Assembly (NCBI GenBank): GCA_041690135.1
Contig: JAWLHY010000009.1
Coordinates: 64,001-128,000 of the forward strand
Length of the DNA stretch: 64,000 bases
DNA from: Armatimonadota bacterium
GTDB lineage: Bacteria; Armatimonadota; SYMT01
Reading direction: 5' to 3'
The notes under the pieces were generated by a model, which worked only from the letters and a program-made list of their open reading frames with translations, did no database searches and was not told the origin of the DNA. The position numbers and the translations under genes were made by a program. Of the stretch, positions 38,155 to 47,947 are shown piece after piece; the first letter of the stretch is position 1; the number at the start of each line of letters is the position of its first letter.

Positions 38155-39630
38155 TCAATCCGAGCCAAGCGCCGGAGCGTTCGCCGTCAACTCCTCTTCC
38201 CCCTCCAACTCGGCGTCCGTTCCGGCATCCTCGGTCGGCCCTTCCGGACCGGGTCCGGTCAACTTTCCGATCAGCGCCGTAACGGCGGCCGCGCCGGCCA
38301 CGGCGAGCCCCAGGGCAGCGAGCGGCTTGGCCACGGTAAGGGCCTTTCGCGGCAGGTTTCCATGCTCCAGGTTGTGCATGCCCCAGCGCTGGAACTGTTG
38401 CCACTTCATCATGCCCTGCCCCGCGTGCTCGACTCCCAGTCCCTTCATCAGTTCCGGCATTGCCGTCCGCAGGACCGGGTGGCCGGGAACGAAGTGCACG
38501 CGTGGGTCGTGCTTGTAGCGCGGCTTTGCCGAGTCGTCGAACACGATATAGGGGCCTTCTTTCAGGTGCTCCTCAAACCGGGGGTCGTCCACCTCGCCGA
38601 TCATGATCGTGGGCGTGCCCTTGAGCCAGATGATCTGGTTCAGTTCGCCCCGGCGCAGCATGCTGTCCAGCACGCTTTTCACGTGGCCGATGGTCCCCTC
38701 CAGGGTGACGTCGCTGCCCACCAGGAAGTTGACGGGTAGGTAATCGAAGGCCCGGTGCCCCGGCCAGGCCTGGATGGCGACCTCTTCCAGCGGCGCGCCC
38801 ACGTACTCGATGGGGGACCGCACTCCCAGGGCCCGCGCCTCCGCCTCGCGGGCGAACTCCAGTTTCTCCGCGTCGTGCCCCAGCAGCCGGGCGATCGTCA
38901 CATCGGTGGCCACCGGGTCGGTAGAGGCCAGCACGCATCCGCACCAGTGGGGCAGGTTGGCGATCGGTCCGTCGCCCTCTCCGGCGATCAGGGCGTCCAC
39001 CACGCACAGGTGGGGACGGGAGACCATCATCAGGTCCATAAAGCGGCCGGCCATGTCCCGGTCGCCATGGTTCGTGTTGCGCCAGTTCTGGTTGACGGCG
39101 CCCACCCAATTCTTCAGCGCGCCGGAGATCGGCTCGATGTGGTGGTTCTTCGCCTTGGGCACGTCGATCACCACGTCGGCGTCGAGCAGCGGGATCGGGA
39201 GGGGCGCGGAGCGGGCGACCCGGCCATTTGGAATCTCGACCACCCGGTTGGGCACGGCGTCGCTCCCGAGATCGATCAGCTCCGCACCCTCGCGCTCCGC
39301 TACCGCGGCCATGCCGGTGATCTTCATGCAATCCAGCGATGAGAAGAAGCCGCCGCTCGACTCGCCGACCTGCACCTTCGCGGCCCCGGCTTCTTTCGCC
39401 AGGCGGATGAGCGCACCTACCACAAGCGGATCCGTGGTGCAGCCCTCCTCGGCCGTGTAGAAGACGGTCTGGTTCGGTTTGATCAACACGGTCTGTCCCG
39501 GTTGCACGAACTGCCGCATTCCGCCGAGGTGCTCCAGGCACTCCCGCACCAGGGCGAGCACCCGGTCCTGCGACCGGTGTTTCTCGGGGGTGTGGGCAAT
39601 GGCTACTCGGGCCCGCTGGTCTTCGCTCAT
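38155..39630 (-). CDS. DUF362 domain protein with C-terminal TM anchor
   Basis: LGGMRQFVQPGQTVLIKPN, TTDPLVV, VPKAKNH, SGALKNWVG, VVDALIAGEGDGP, STDPVATD. Confidence 0.85.
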   Translation of the reverse strand: MSEDQRARVAIAHTPEKHRSQDRVLALVRECLEHLGGMRQFVQPGQTVLIKPNQTVFYTAEEGCTTDPLVVGALIRLAKEAGAAKVQVGESSGGFFSSLDCMKITGMAAVAEREGAELIDLGSDAVPNRVVEIPNGRVARSAPLPIPLLDADVVIDVPKAKNHHIEPISGALKNWVGAVNQNWRNTNHGDRDMAGRFMDLMMVSRPHLCVVDALIAGEGDGPIANLPHWCGCVLASTDPVATDVTIARLLGHDAEKLEFAREAEARALGVRSPIEYVGAPLEEVAIQAWPGHRAFDYLPVNFLVGSDVTLEGTIGHVKSVLDSMLRRGELNQIIWLKGTPTIMIGEVDDPRFEEHLKEGPYIVFDDSAKPRYKHDPRVHFVPGHPVLRTAMPELMKGLGVEHAGQGMMKWQQFQRWGMHNLEHGNLPRKALTVAKPLAALGLAVAGAAAVTALIGKLTGPGPEGPTEDAGTDAELEGEEELTANAPALGSD

Positions 39631-39639
39631 GGTTCTCCC

Positions 39640-40455
39640 TTACGCCGCCACGGCCTTGCGGGTGGCCTCCAGGTCGCGCTCCACGGCCTTGGGATCGCTC
39701 TTGAGGCGACTCCCATACCAGGCGTGATAGACGATGCCGCCATACACCCCGCCACGGGTCACCGTCCCCAGCTTTCCCACCTGGTGGATCTCGGCCGCCC
39801 CTGGATCGAGCGGAATATACCCCAGGGTGTGACCGCGCCGGAGAAGCTCCAGCGAGATTCCCTCCCCCACATCCCAGGCCGTCTTGCCGAGTTGTTCGTA
39901 ATCGCGCGTCCAGCGGGACTGGAAGGAGAGCCGGTACTGGAAGAAGGTCCGGGCGCGGATCGCCAGGCAGCATGGATGCACGTACTCCCGGTGGTGGTGG
40001 ACCCCGGCGCAGGCGTGCTGCTCCAAAAGCTCCGAAAGACGTGCCACCCAGGTGTCGGCGACCGGATAGGCGTCCGAATCCAGTGCAATCAGCGTCTCTC
40101 CCCGCGCGAAGAGGGTCGCCAGGTCGAGCGCCTTGCCGTGCCCGATGTTGCGGGTTAGGGTCAGCGCGCGTACCCCAGTTGCGGCGCGGAGATACTCGGC
40201 GGAGCCATCCGTGGAGCCATTGTCGACGATGATCAACTCATACTCGCCCGGGGTGAGGGACTGGACCTTCCGGACCGTCTGCTCGATCATCTCCCGCGTG
40301 TTGTAGTTGGCGATGAGGATCGAGACGGGTAGTCGCGGCTGGAACGATAGGCGCCGGCATTCCCGGTGCAGGGCTTGCAGGCCTACTTTGAGACGGTAGG
40401 TGATGCCGTTGTCCGCCTGGGTCGGTAGACAGGCGCGGAGGGTGACACTCTCCAT
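39640..40455 (-). CDS. Glycosyltransferase family 2
   Basis: VSILIANYN, IIVDNGSTDGS, NIGHGKA, LDSDA (DxD). Confidence 0.88.
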   Translation of the reverse strand: MESVTLRACLPTQADNGITYRLKVGLQALHRECRRLSFQPRLPVSILIANYNTREMIEQTVRKVQSLTPGEYELIIVDNGSTDGSAEYLRAATGVRALTLTRNIGHGKALDLATLFARGETLIALDSDAYPVADTWVARLSELLEQHACAGVHHHREYVHPCCLAIRARTFFQYRLSFQSRWTRDYEQLGKTAWDVGEGISLELLRRGHTLGYIPLDPGAAEIHQVGKLGTVTRGGVYGGIVYHAWYGSRLKSDPKAVERDLEATRKAVAA

Positions 40456-40646
40456 GGCGAGACGATCTCCAGATTTCGCGGTGCGTTGGTTCAGTCGGAT
40501 CGGGGAATGATCCCGGGCGGGCGTGGGTAAGAGCCCGCAGGAGCGCCGGCAAGGCCGGGGCGCGTTGGGGCGCGGTCGAGCCGTCCGCTCACCGCCCGCC
40601 TCTGAGACACCGTGCCTTCAGGCCCCGCGTTTTGTGCAAGAGAACT

Positions 40647-41231
40647 ATGGACAGCGTTAGACGTCAGGCCGCCTCGCGTGGGCGAGAAATCCACCGTGAT
40701 CCGAAGGCAGACGCTCCGGAAGGTTGGGTCTACAACCCCTCTTCATGGAGCCAGCGAGTGCCGATCGTGCTGTTAGCCTTCGCCGGATTCTGCGTGGCGA
40801 CGTGGTTGACGCTCTTTCAGTTGGGGGTCCTGCCGACGATCTGGGAACCGTTCTTTGGAGCGGGCAGCCGGACCATCCTCCAGAGCCGCGTGTCCCACTT
40901 GTTACCGGTTCCGGACGCCGCGTTGGGTGCGGCGGGTTACCTGGCGGATGCGGTGTTTGGGCTGATGGGCGGCACGGCACGGTGGAAACGGCTGCCGTGG
41001 GTGGTGGTGGTGTTCGCCATCGCGGTGATCCCCTTCGGGCTCACCAGCCTGACACTCTTCATCCTGCAGCCCACGCTGTACGATACCTGGTGCACCCTCT
41101 GCCTTGTGTCGGTCGCCATCTCGCTGGCGATGGTCCCCTATGCCTGGGACGAGTTTGTCGCCAGTTGGCAATGGATGCGCGGCCGTCACGACGCCGGGGT
41201 AGGGTGGTGGGCCGCCCTTATGGGCCGTTAG
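40647..41231 (+). CDS. Vitamin K epoxide reductase (VKOR) family protein
   Basis: YNPSSWSQR, WEPFFG, PVPDAALG, LQP..WCTLC redox motif; 4 TM helices. Confidence 0.85.
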   Translation: MDSVRRQAASRGREIHRDPKADAPEGWVYNPSSWSQRVPIVLLAFAGFCVATWLTLFQLGVLPTIWEPFFGAGSRTILQSRVSHLLPVPDAALGAAGYLADAVFGLMGGTARWKRLPWVVVVFAIAVIPFGLTSLTLFILQPTLYDTWCTLCLVSVAISLAMVPYAWDEFVASWQWMRGRHDAGVGWWAALMGR

Positions 41232-41464
41232 CGGGTTACCTGCCAAACAGGATCGGATGGTGAACACTCACTTTGCGCCTGGGCCGGACGGGAAGGTGGT
41301 GAACGCTACGGGCCGCTGTCGTTACCCCCCACAGGTGTAGGGCGGGTCGCTCCGTCACCGCCAGGCCGTGGGTTCGCACCCGTCGTGCCGTGTGGTTCTC
41401 CGCTGCCCCTGGTTGTGTGAACTTGCATCAGCGGGTCTACGGGGGCGGCCCGCGGGGCTGAAAG

Positions 41465-41749
41465 CTACAGCCATTCCCGCTCGCCCTGCTTCTCTCCCAT
41501 CGGCCAGAAGGCCAGCCCGGCCGTGAGCCCGGCCAGCAACAGCGCGAGCGAGTACGAGAGCATCCCCGGCCCCAGGAAGTGGTAGGTCACCGCGGGGCCA
41601 CCCAGGGATCCCACAATCAGCAGGACTGTGGTCGCGTAGGCGTTCGGCATCCGGATTCCCAGCAGTTTACCGGCTACCCAGCCCAATCCGAAACCGATCA
41701 ACAGGAGCAGTGTCAGCAACCCACCTTCCAGCCATCCATCCGTGTTCAT
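41465..41749 (-). CDS. Small three-TM membrane protein
   Basis: GGGGAGA RBS; 94 aa, Gly/Leu-rich TM segments. Confidence 0.65.
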   Translation of the reverse strand: MNTDGWLEGGLLTLLLLIGFGLGWVAGKLLGIRMPNAYATTVLLIVGSLGGPAVTYHFLGPGMLSYSLALLLAGLTAGLAFWPMGEKQGEREWL

Positions 41750-41886
41750 GCGCGTCTCCCCAGGTCGCGCATACCCTTCCAGGGTCCGCAACTACACTCC
41801 GGATGCGGCGCGGCGGGGCGATCGTCCCCACTGGAAAGCAACATCCCGGATGGCACGGACCGCCGCGCCGGTGCGTATGCTAAGAA

Positions 41887-43251
41887 GTGAGCTTTCCTTT
41901 CGGCCAAACCCCCGTGCCTCTCTCCGACCCCTTGAAAAACGCAGAAGCAGGCTCTGAGGGCGGTCCCGCCGAGCAAGAGTTGCAGTCATCCCTGCGCAGC
42001 GCCCTGATCGGGGGGCGGTGGGCGATTCTGCTTGCGGAGTTGGCCGCGATTCTCTTGCGGCTTCCCTGGCTCAAGGAGAACGCCGACCTCCAGGGAGAGC
42101 TCTCGGTCGCCGCCGTCCTCCTCTACAACGTCCTGGTCCTGGTGGTCCTGCTGCGGCGTCCCGCCCGGGAGATCCCGGTCGGGGTATTCCTGGCCGTCGA
42201 CGTGATGGCGATTGGCCTCCTGGTCTCCGGCACGGAAGGCATCCGCAGCCCATTCACCGGGCTGTATTACCTCGTCATCCTGATGGGGGCGATCCACTAC
42301 AACCTTCTGGGCGGGCTCGCTGTGGCGGGAGGGGCGGTCCTCATCATCCTTCTGGCGTCCGTCACCAACGAATCCGTCTGGCCGCTGATCGTTACCGGGG
42401 AAACCCGAACCCAGACGCTGCCGTACCTGGTAATGACGGGAGCCTTCGCCGGTTACCTGGTCCAGCAGTTAAAGCGCCTCCACGAACGGCGCATCGAGGT
42501 GGAAGAGCGCCTCCGGCAGGCCCAGTTCCGCGCCGAGGAGCGCGAGCGGCAGGCGGCGCTGGCCCGCGAGATCCAGCGGACGACTCTGGCGGACCCTCCG
42601 CACCATCCTGTATATGAGCTCGCGGTGCGTTATGAGCCGCTGCAGGAGGTGGGTGGGGACTTCTACGCCTTCATGCCCGCGGGCCGGCGGCTGGGGGTGA
42701 TCCTGGGCGATGTTTCCGGGAAGGGCCTGCCCGCGGCCCTGACTTCCACCAGTATCTGCCACCTGACGCACCTGATGCGCCCGATGGACGATCCCCGGAC
42801 CTTTCTTTCCGAACTGAACCGGGCCCTGGCGGAACGGCTGCCGGAAGATGCCTTTGCCAGCCTGGCCTTCGCCTGCGCGGATCCGAAGTCCCGCTGCCTG
42901 GAAGTCTACTCGGCGGGCCACCTGCCGGCGCTGGTGGTGCGGGACGGACGGGTCGACAGGATCCATCTCCCGGGTCTGCCCCTGGGGGTATTTCCCGAAG
43001 GGACCTTTGAGCCGGCCGTCACACCCTTCTCTCCCGGCGACCTGTTGGTGCTCTATTCCGACGCCCTGGTGGAGACGCGGAACGAAGCCGGCCAGGAGTT
43101 CAGCCTGGAAGGATTGGAGAGGTTGGTGCGCGAGCATGCCGGCCGTGCCCCGCAGGAACTCGCGGCAGTGGTGACGGAGGAAGTCCGCAGCTTCGGCCAT
43201 ATACAGGACGACCTGACATTGCTCGTGGTGCGCTATCCCGCCGAGGGATGA
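41887..43251 (+). CDS. Membrane-bound PP2C/SpoIIE (RsbU-like) phosphatase
   Basis: N-terminal TMs; AREIQ, VGGDFY, GDVSGKGLPAAL, SAGHLP, LYSDALVE, DDLTLL. Confidence 0.92.
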   Translation: MSFPFGQTPVPLSDPLKNAEAGSEGGPAEQELQSSLRSALIGGRWAILLAELAAILLRLPWLKENADLQGELSVAAVLLYNVLVLVVLLRRPAREIPVGVFLAVDVMAIGLLVSGTEGIRSPFTGLYYLVILMGAIHYNLLGGLAVAGGAVLIILLASVTNESVWPLIVTGETRTQTLPYLVMTGAFAGYLVQQLKRLHERRIEVEERLRQAQFRAEERERQAALAREIQRTTLADPPHHPVYELAVRYEPLQEVGGDFYAFMPAGRRLGVILGDVSGKGLPAALTSTSICHLTHLMRPMDDPRTFLSELNRALAERLPEDAFASLAFACADPKSRCLEVYSAGHLPALVVRDGRVDRIHLPGLPLGVFPEGTFEPAVTPFSPGDLLVLYSDALVETRNEAGQEFSLEGLERLVREHAGRAPQELAAVVTEEVRSFGHIQDDLTLLVVRYPAEG

Positions 43252-43255
43252 ACGA

Positions 43256-43627
43256 TTACCGCATTACGGAGCGGAACACGTCGGGGTTCTCGGGTTCATA
43301 GCCGCAGAAGAGGCACCGGTTGTGCTTCTGCGACAGGGTGCGCTGGCAGTGGGGACAGGTCTGGATCTGCGTCCGCACCTTCCCGTCGAGCTGCCCGTCC
43401 GCAAGATCGATCTCCTGGATCCGCTGGACCAGGTCTGCGTCGGTGAGGCCGGTCCGCTCCTGGACCAGCGACCAGAGCGCCATATTGACGAGGGTCAACT
43501 GGTTCAAACGCTCTTCTAGGTCCTGGACCAGGCGTCGCGCGTCCTCAGCCCTCTCTTCGCCCCGCCTTCCGGCAGTACGGGCATCCGCTATCCGCTGGTT
43601 CTGACGAAGCTCCCAGAACAGTTCCAC
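43256..43627 (-). CDS. Hypothetical coiled-coil + zinc-ribbon protein
   Basis: ALWSLVQERTGLTD..IQEIDLADGQLDGK, CPHC..CLFCG; GGGAGG RBS. Confidence 0.75.
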   Translation of the reverse strand: MELFWELRQNQRIADARTAGRRGEERAEDARRLVQDLEERLNQLTLVNMALWSLVQERTGLTDADLVQRIQEIDLADGQLDGKVRTQIQTCPHCQRTLSQKHNRCLFCGYEPENPDVFRSVMR

Positions 43628-43689
43628 AGATGTGGGCCTCCCTTCCTAGGGCTATAACGGTCGGTAAGGGCTGCAGGTTGCGGAAAGAG

Positions 43690-43716
43690 GGATAAGGACA
43701 AAGATAAGGATAAAGA
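43690..43716. repeat. Degenerate hexamer repeat (GATAAG-like)
   Basis: GGATAAGGACAAAGATAAGGATAAAG; a similar tract lies in the opposite orientation at about 55151-55182. Confidence 0.5.
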
Positions 43717-43823
43717 GGGGCGGTGGTGGCCGGAAACTCTGCGTCCAACGAGTAACTAGCGAAGCGGCGCATGTTGAACTACCCACTGGAGGTAGCGGCA
43801 GCCGACCACGTCACGGTGCCGTG

Positions 43824-43887
43824 CTCTTACTCTTACTCTTACTCTTACTCTTACTCTTACTCTTACTCTTACTCTTGCTCTTGCTCT
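43824..43887. repeat. (CTCTTA)8(CTCTTG)2 hexanucleotide microsatellite
   Basis: Counted directly; it ends 8 bp from the proA stop codon. Confidence 0.95.
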
Positions 43888-43895
43888 CCGGAATT

Positions 43896-45398
43896 CTACC
43901 GGTGAACCTCGGGATCCGTCTGCACGACCCGCGTCCGAATCGTGAACACCCCGTCCCCACTAAGTACCCCGCCCCGGGCGAAGAGGCGCCCGTTCTGCCA
44001 GTTCGAGAGGCCGAGCTCCGGCCGGTTCAGCGCGTACTGGCCGTCCACCCAGCGGGTGAAGCCGTTCCCCACGAAGGGCGCGTTCACGGCGGCGTAGAAG
44101 CGGGCGTGGGCCTCCGGGTTCTCGCTGATCAGGCTGGCCACAAACTGCGGGCTGTACCGGTTGAACAGCGCGGCGGCCTCGTCGTTATCGGCCACGATCT
44201 TGAGGCTGACTTCGGGAGTTTCTTCCCACTCCCACTCGCGCCCCAACTCCTCCACGGGGAGGCTCTCGGCCAGCGGTTCTTCCACGTCTCCTTCGGCCCG
44301 GCGCACCCGGACCCGCGTGGAGAACCAGTCCGCGGGGACGAAGGCCTCATCACCGGCGGCCACGTGGAGCTTGCATCCGTGCCCCCGCCGTTCTCCCGCG
44401 CGGTGCAGGGCGTCGAGAAAGATAGGTACCAGCTCCTCTGCGCGCTCCCGCGGCAGACAGCAGACGTTGAGGGTGTTGCAGACCTTGCGGTCCAACGAAT
44501 GGTACACCGCCGCCGCAAAGCGGGCCGGATCCGCCTCCCGGTCCGCGACGAGCCAGGCGCCGCCGGTGCCGTGCAGGCTCACCGGCACCCCCGCCTGCCG
44601 GGCAACCCCACCCAGTTGCTCGACCGCCTTTCCCGAGCCCCGCGCCACGGCGAGCGCGAGGCGGCTGTCCGAAAACATCGCCCACCCGGCGGCGCGGTCT
44701 CCGCTCTCGACCAGGGTCGCCGCGCCCTCCGGAAGCCCGGCCGCGGCCAGCGCGGGACTCAGCGCATGCTCCACGATGGCCCGCGCCGTGCCGAGGGCGT
44801 CGCTGCCGATCCGGAACACAACGGTGTTGCCGCCACGGAGCACCCCGGTGGCATCTGCGAAGACGTTGGGCCGGCTCTCGAAGACAAAGCCGACGACGCC
44901 CAGGGGCGCCACCACCTGCTCCACCTTCCAGCCTTCGTGGTCGATGGTCTCCAGCACGCGCCCGCGCAGGGTGGGCGCGTCCCGCCAGCCGCGGAGCCCG
45001 GCGATCATGTCGCGCCGCATCTTCTCGTTGGCCACCAGTCGGGTTGTCGACCGGCCTCGGGCCTTCGCTCGCTCCACATCCTCGGCGTTGGCGGCGGCGA
45101 TCGGCGCCCACGACTCTTCCGCCTCGAGACGCCGCGCGAACTCCTCGTAGAACCGGGAGATCTCCGCGTCGGTCACGGACCCCATCGCCTGGAAGGCGGC
45201 GTGCGCACGGCCCACGGCGGCGGTGGCGATGTTGTAGGGCTCGGCGGGAATGTGGAGAAGGTCGCCGGTGCTCTGCACCACGAGGAGGCGGTCCCCCGGT
45301 TGGAAGCACTCGGCGATCTCGGCGGGAACGGTGGCGACCCGGTTGCCCGCGAAGAGGACAGGCATTCCGGCGGATAGCTCGGTGAGAAAGCTGGACAT
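43896..45398 (-). CDS. proA: Gamma-glutamyl phosphate reductase (long form)
   Basis: APLGVVGFVFESRPNV, RIGSDA, VARGSG, KVCNTLN (catalytic Cys), GFTRWVDG..PELGLSN. Confidence 0.88.
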   Translation of the reverse strand: MSSFLTELSAGMPVLFAGNRVATVPAEIAECFQPGDRLLVVQSTGDLLHIPAEPYNIATAAVGRAHAAFQAMGSVTDAEISRFYEEFARRLEAEESWAPIAAANAEDVERAKARGRSTTRLVANEKMRRDMIAGLRGWRDAPTLRGRVLETIDHEGWKVEQVVAPLGVVGFVFESRPNVFADATGVLRGGNTVVFRIGSDALGTARAIVEHALSPALAAAGLPEGAATLVESGDRAAGWAMFSDSRLALAVARGSGKAVEQLGGVARQAGVPVSLHGTGGAWLVADREADPARFAAAVYHSLDRKVCNTLNVCCLPRERAEELVPIFLDALHRAGERRGHGCKLHVAAGDEAFVPADWFSTRVRVRRAEGDVEEPLAESLPVEELGREWEWEETPEVSLKIVADNDEAAALFNRYSPQFVASLISENPEAHARFYAAVNAPFVGNGFTRWVDGQYALNRPELGLSNWQNGRLFARGGVLSGDGVFTIRTRVVQTDPEVHR

Positions 45399-45433
45399 AG
45401 CCAGAGTGTAGTGGATCGTCCGGCCGGAATCAA
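45399..45433 (-). promoter_or_regulatory. Sigma70-type promoter giving a leaderless proA mRNA
   Basis: Minus strand TTGATT-17 bp-TACACT-6 nt-ATG; no SD sequence. Confidence 0.6.
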
Positions 45434-45460
45434 CCGGGTCGCCGCTCCAGGCGCGGTCTC

Positions 45461-45919
45461 CTAATCCAGTTGTGCAAAGAAGCCAGGTGCGAAGTGGGAC
45501 TCTTCGTCCAGGAGTAGCGTCTGGATGTACGTGACCTGGCCATGATGGTGCAGCAGGTCAATCACCGCCATCCGCACCAGCAGTTGGACGGTTACCGCCA
45601 TCCCCGGCATCTGGATGCTTGCGGAAAGCTGGTCGGGAGAGGCATGGCGCAAGCCCTGCTCGTATCGCCGCAGCACGTTGCGGAGCGCGCGTTTCGCACC
45701 CTCAATGTCATCTACCGGCGGCTCGGGCGTGTTGTGGCCCAGCAGCCCGTTCAGATGGTTGAAGTTCTCCAGAATGTGGTTGACGATCTCCAGCGCCGAC
45801 TTCGCAGCAGACGATGGACGCCAGGCGAACCGGTCGTCCGGAATGAAGTCGAGATTGAAGACCAGGTTCTCCCCGGTCACACAGATCAGGCGAATCAGAG
45901 TTTCCTTTTCTTCCATCAC
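45461..45919 (-). CDS. DinB family protein
   Basis: IPDDRFAWRP..AKSALEIVNHI, HHHGQVTYIQ metal-binding His pattern. Confidence 0.85.
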   Translation of the reverse strand: MMEEKETLIRLICVTGENLVFNLDFIPDDRFAWRPSSAAKSALEIVNHILENFNHLNGLLGHNTPEPPVDDIEGAKRALRNVLRRYEQGLRHASPDQLSASIQMPGMAVTVQLLVRMAVIDLLHHHGQVTYIQTLLLDEESHFAPGFFAQLD

Positions 45920-46090
45920 ACGACTCCACTTCTCAAATTGGGTGCGGCGTTAATGGACGCCAATACCACGCATGGATACAATCGGGGTCGCCAGATTCCG
46001 GCGACCCCGACTGGGGATTGGTTCAGCATGGATAGGTCGATTGCGAAAGCCGCGGATCGACTAACGGGGAAGATTCGCAGCGGTATTTCT

Positions 46091-46969
46091 TCAGTCGCTG
46101 CCGCGCAGCACCTTCACCAGCGCGGCGAACTCCTCATCCCCGTAGCCGGCGGCCATCGCGCGCCGGAAGATCCCTTGGCCGAAGGCGGGGTACTCGGCGT
46201 TGATCCCCGCTTCTTCCGCTTGCTGTCCGAGGGTCTCAAAGAACGCCGCGCAGATGGCGACGGAGGACTCGGCCTTCTCAAAGCTCCCGGCATGGATCGC
46301 CTCGCACATGTGACGGACCATTCCGCCAATCACCGGGGCGAGGCCGGCGAGCTGCGACCCGAAGGCAGCCACGTCGAGGCCCTCCGCCTCGCAGATCAAC
46401 ACGCCATGGATGGCCCCCAGGAGCCCGCCGAAGAGGTAGGACAGGGTCGCGTAGTCGAGGGCGGAGGCCGCACCCACCGGCGCCCCGAGGTAGGCTACGT
46501 TTCCGGCGAAATGCCGGAGGAGTGGCTCGCTCCGGCGGAATGCCGACTCGGAGCCGGAGGTGAAAATCGCAGCCTCGGGCGTGCCGATCTGGCTCGGGAT
46601 CGCCATGATGGCGCCGTCGAGGTAGTCGGCCCCCCGCTCCCGCATCCACGTTTCAGTGGTGCGGGCCTCCTGGGGCGTGCCGGTGCTCAGTTGAAGCAGC
46701 ACCCGTCCCTGAAGGGCAGGAGTGATCTCCGCCGTATCGAGAAGCTCGCGGGCAGCGCGGTAGTCGGTCACACAGACGATGACCACAGGGCTCGCTGCGA
46801 CGGCATCCGCCACGCTGGGGGCAAGGTAGGCGCCTCGGGCGACCAGCGGCTCGGCACGTGCGGTCGTGCGGTTCCAGATGGTGACGGAATGGCCGTTTCG
46901 CAGCAGGGCATGAGCCAGTGCCGTGCCCATCGTTCCCAATCCGATAAGAGTGACTTCGGAGTTCATCAT
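46091..46969 (-). CDS. NAD(P)-dependent oxidoreductase, imine reductase (IRED)-like
   Basis: IGLGTMGTALA, VTIWNRT, QLSTGTP, YLDGAIMAIPSQIG. Confidence 0.85.
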   Translation of the reverse strand: MMNSEVTLIGLGTMGTALAHALLRNGHSVTIWNRTTARAEPLVARGAYLAPSVADAVAASPVVIVCVTDYRAARELLDTAEITPALQGRVLLQLSTGTPQEARTTETWMRERGADYLDGAIMAIPSQIGTPEAAIFTSGSESAFRRSEPLLRHFAGNVAYLGAPVGAASALDYATLSYLFGGLLGAIHGVLICEAEGLDVAAFGSQLAGLAPVIGGMVRHMCEAIHAGSFEKAESSVAICAAFFETLGQQAEEAGINAEYPAFGQGIFRRAMAAGYGDEEFAALVKVLRGSD

Positions 46970-46996
46970 TTTCTCTCTGAGTGTTCCTAAGTGGGG

Positions 46997-47752
46997 TTAA
47001 AGAGGGGCGCCGATCGTGGCCAGGCCGCCATCGACCAGCAGCTCGGTGCCGGTAGTGAACGTGGCTTCGAACGCGAGAAAGAGCACCGCGCGGGCGACTT
47101 CCTCGGCCGATCCATGTCGTTTCATCGGGGTGATCTCATCGCCCAGCTTCCGAAGGGCTACTCGCTGCTCCGCCGAAAGGCCGGCCACGCCCATGGTGGG
47201 GGTGTCGATAAACCCGGGGGCCACGGTGTTGACCCGAATGCCGCGCGGAATGAGCTCGGCGGCGAAGACCTGCGCGAAGGCGCGGAGGGCGGCCTTGGTG
47301 CCGAGGTAAACGCTCAGGTTGGGATTGGCGGGCCCATGGGTGACGGTGGTGACGACCATCGCGCCCCCATTCCGCACGAAGGGCGCGAGGCGCTGCATGG
47401 TGAAAAACGCTCCACGCGTGTTCACGGCGAACTGGCGCTCGTAGGAGTCGACGGTCACCTGATCGAAGGGTGCCAGCTCCGAGATGCCGGCGTTGATGAG
47501 GACCAGATCGATCTCGCCGAGCGTGCGTTCCACGTGGGCTCCCAGCGCCTCGATCTCTTCCAGCCGGGAAGTGTCGGAGCGCACTACGTGCGCTCGTGGT
47601 CCGAGCTCTCGCCGTGCGGCGGCGAGGTTCTGCTCATTCTGGCCGGTCAGCAGCACTTCAGCTCCGCCGTCCAGCAGCGCCTGAACGGTCGCCAGCCCCA
47701 TGCCGTGCGTCCCACCTGTCACGACTGCCTTCTTGTCTGCGTACTTTCCCAT
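46997..47752 (-). CDS. Short-chain dehydrogenase/reductase
   Basis: [18 protein letters not shown] (YxxxK), [14 protein letters not shown]. Confidence 0.92.
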   Translation of the reverse strand: MGKYADKKAVVTGGTHGMGLATVQALLDGGAEVLLTGQNEQNLAAARRELGPRAHVVRSDTSRLEEIEALGAHVERTLGEIDLVLINAGISELAPFDQVTVDSYERQFAVNTRGAFFTMQRLAPFVRNGGAMVVTTVTHGPANPNLSVYLGTKAALRAFAQVFAAELIPRGIRVNTVAPGFIDTPTMGVAGLSAEQRVALRKLGDEITPMKRHGSAEEVARAVLFLAFEATFTTGTELLVDGGLATIGAPL

Positions 47753-47947
47753 CGGTTTCTCCCTGGCCGGCGGCTCCATGCCGCGGCCTGTCGACAGCGA
47801 GAATACCGCCGGCGGCTCCGGTGGGTCGCGCACGATCGGACGGAGATTGAGCATGATCGGACGCACTCGGAAGTCTCCGTTCCGCGGGTAGAGGCGGGCT
47901 TACAGGCGCAGAAGAACCAGGTTACAATCCACCGGAGGAGAACGGCA

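Noticed and set aside
43821-45377. 518-aa plus-strand ORF starting with poly-Leu
   Set aside because: The poly-Leu is the translated CTCTTA microsatellite, and the rest is antisense to proA.
46991-47947. N-terminal 319 codons of the 607-aa AraC ORF as a fused domain
   Set aside because: Antisense to the SDR gene; a strong RBS supports the GTG start at 47948.
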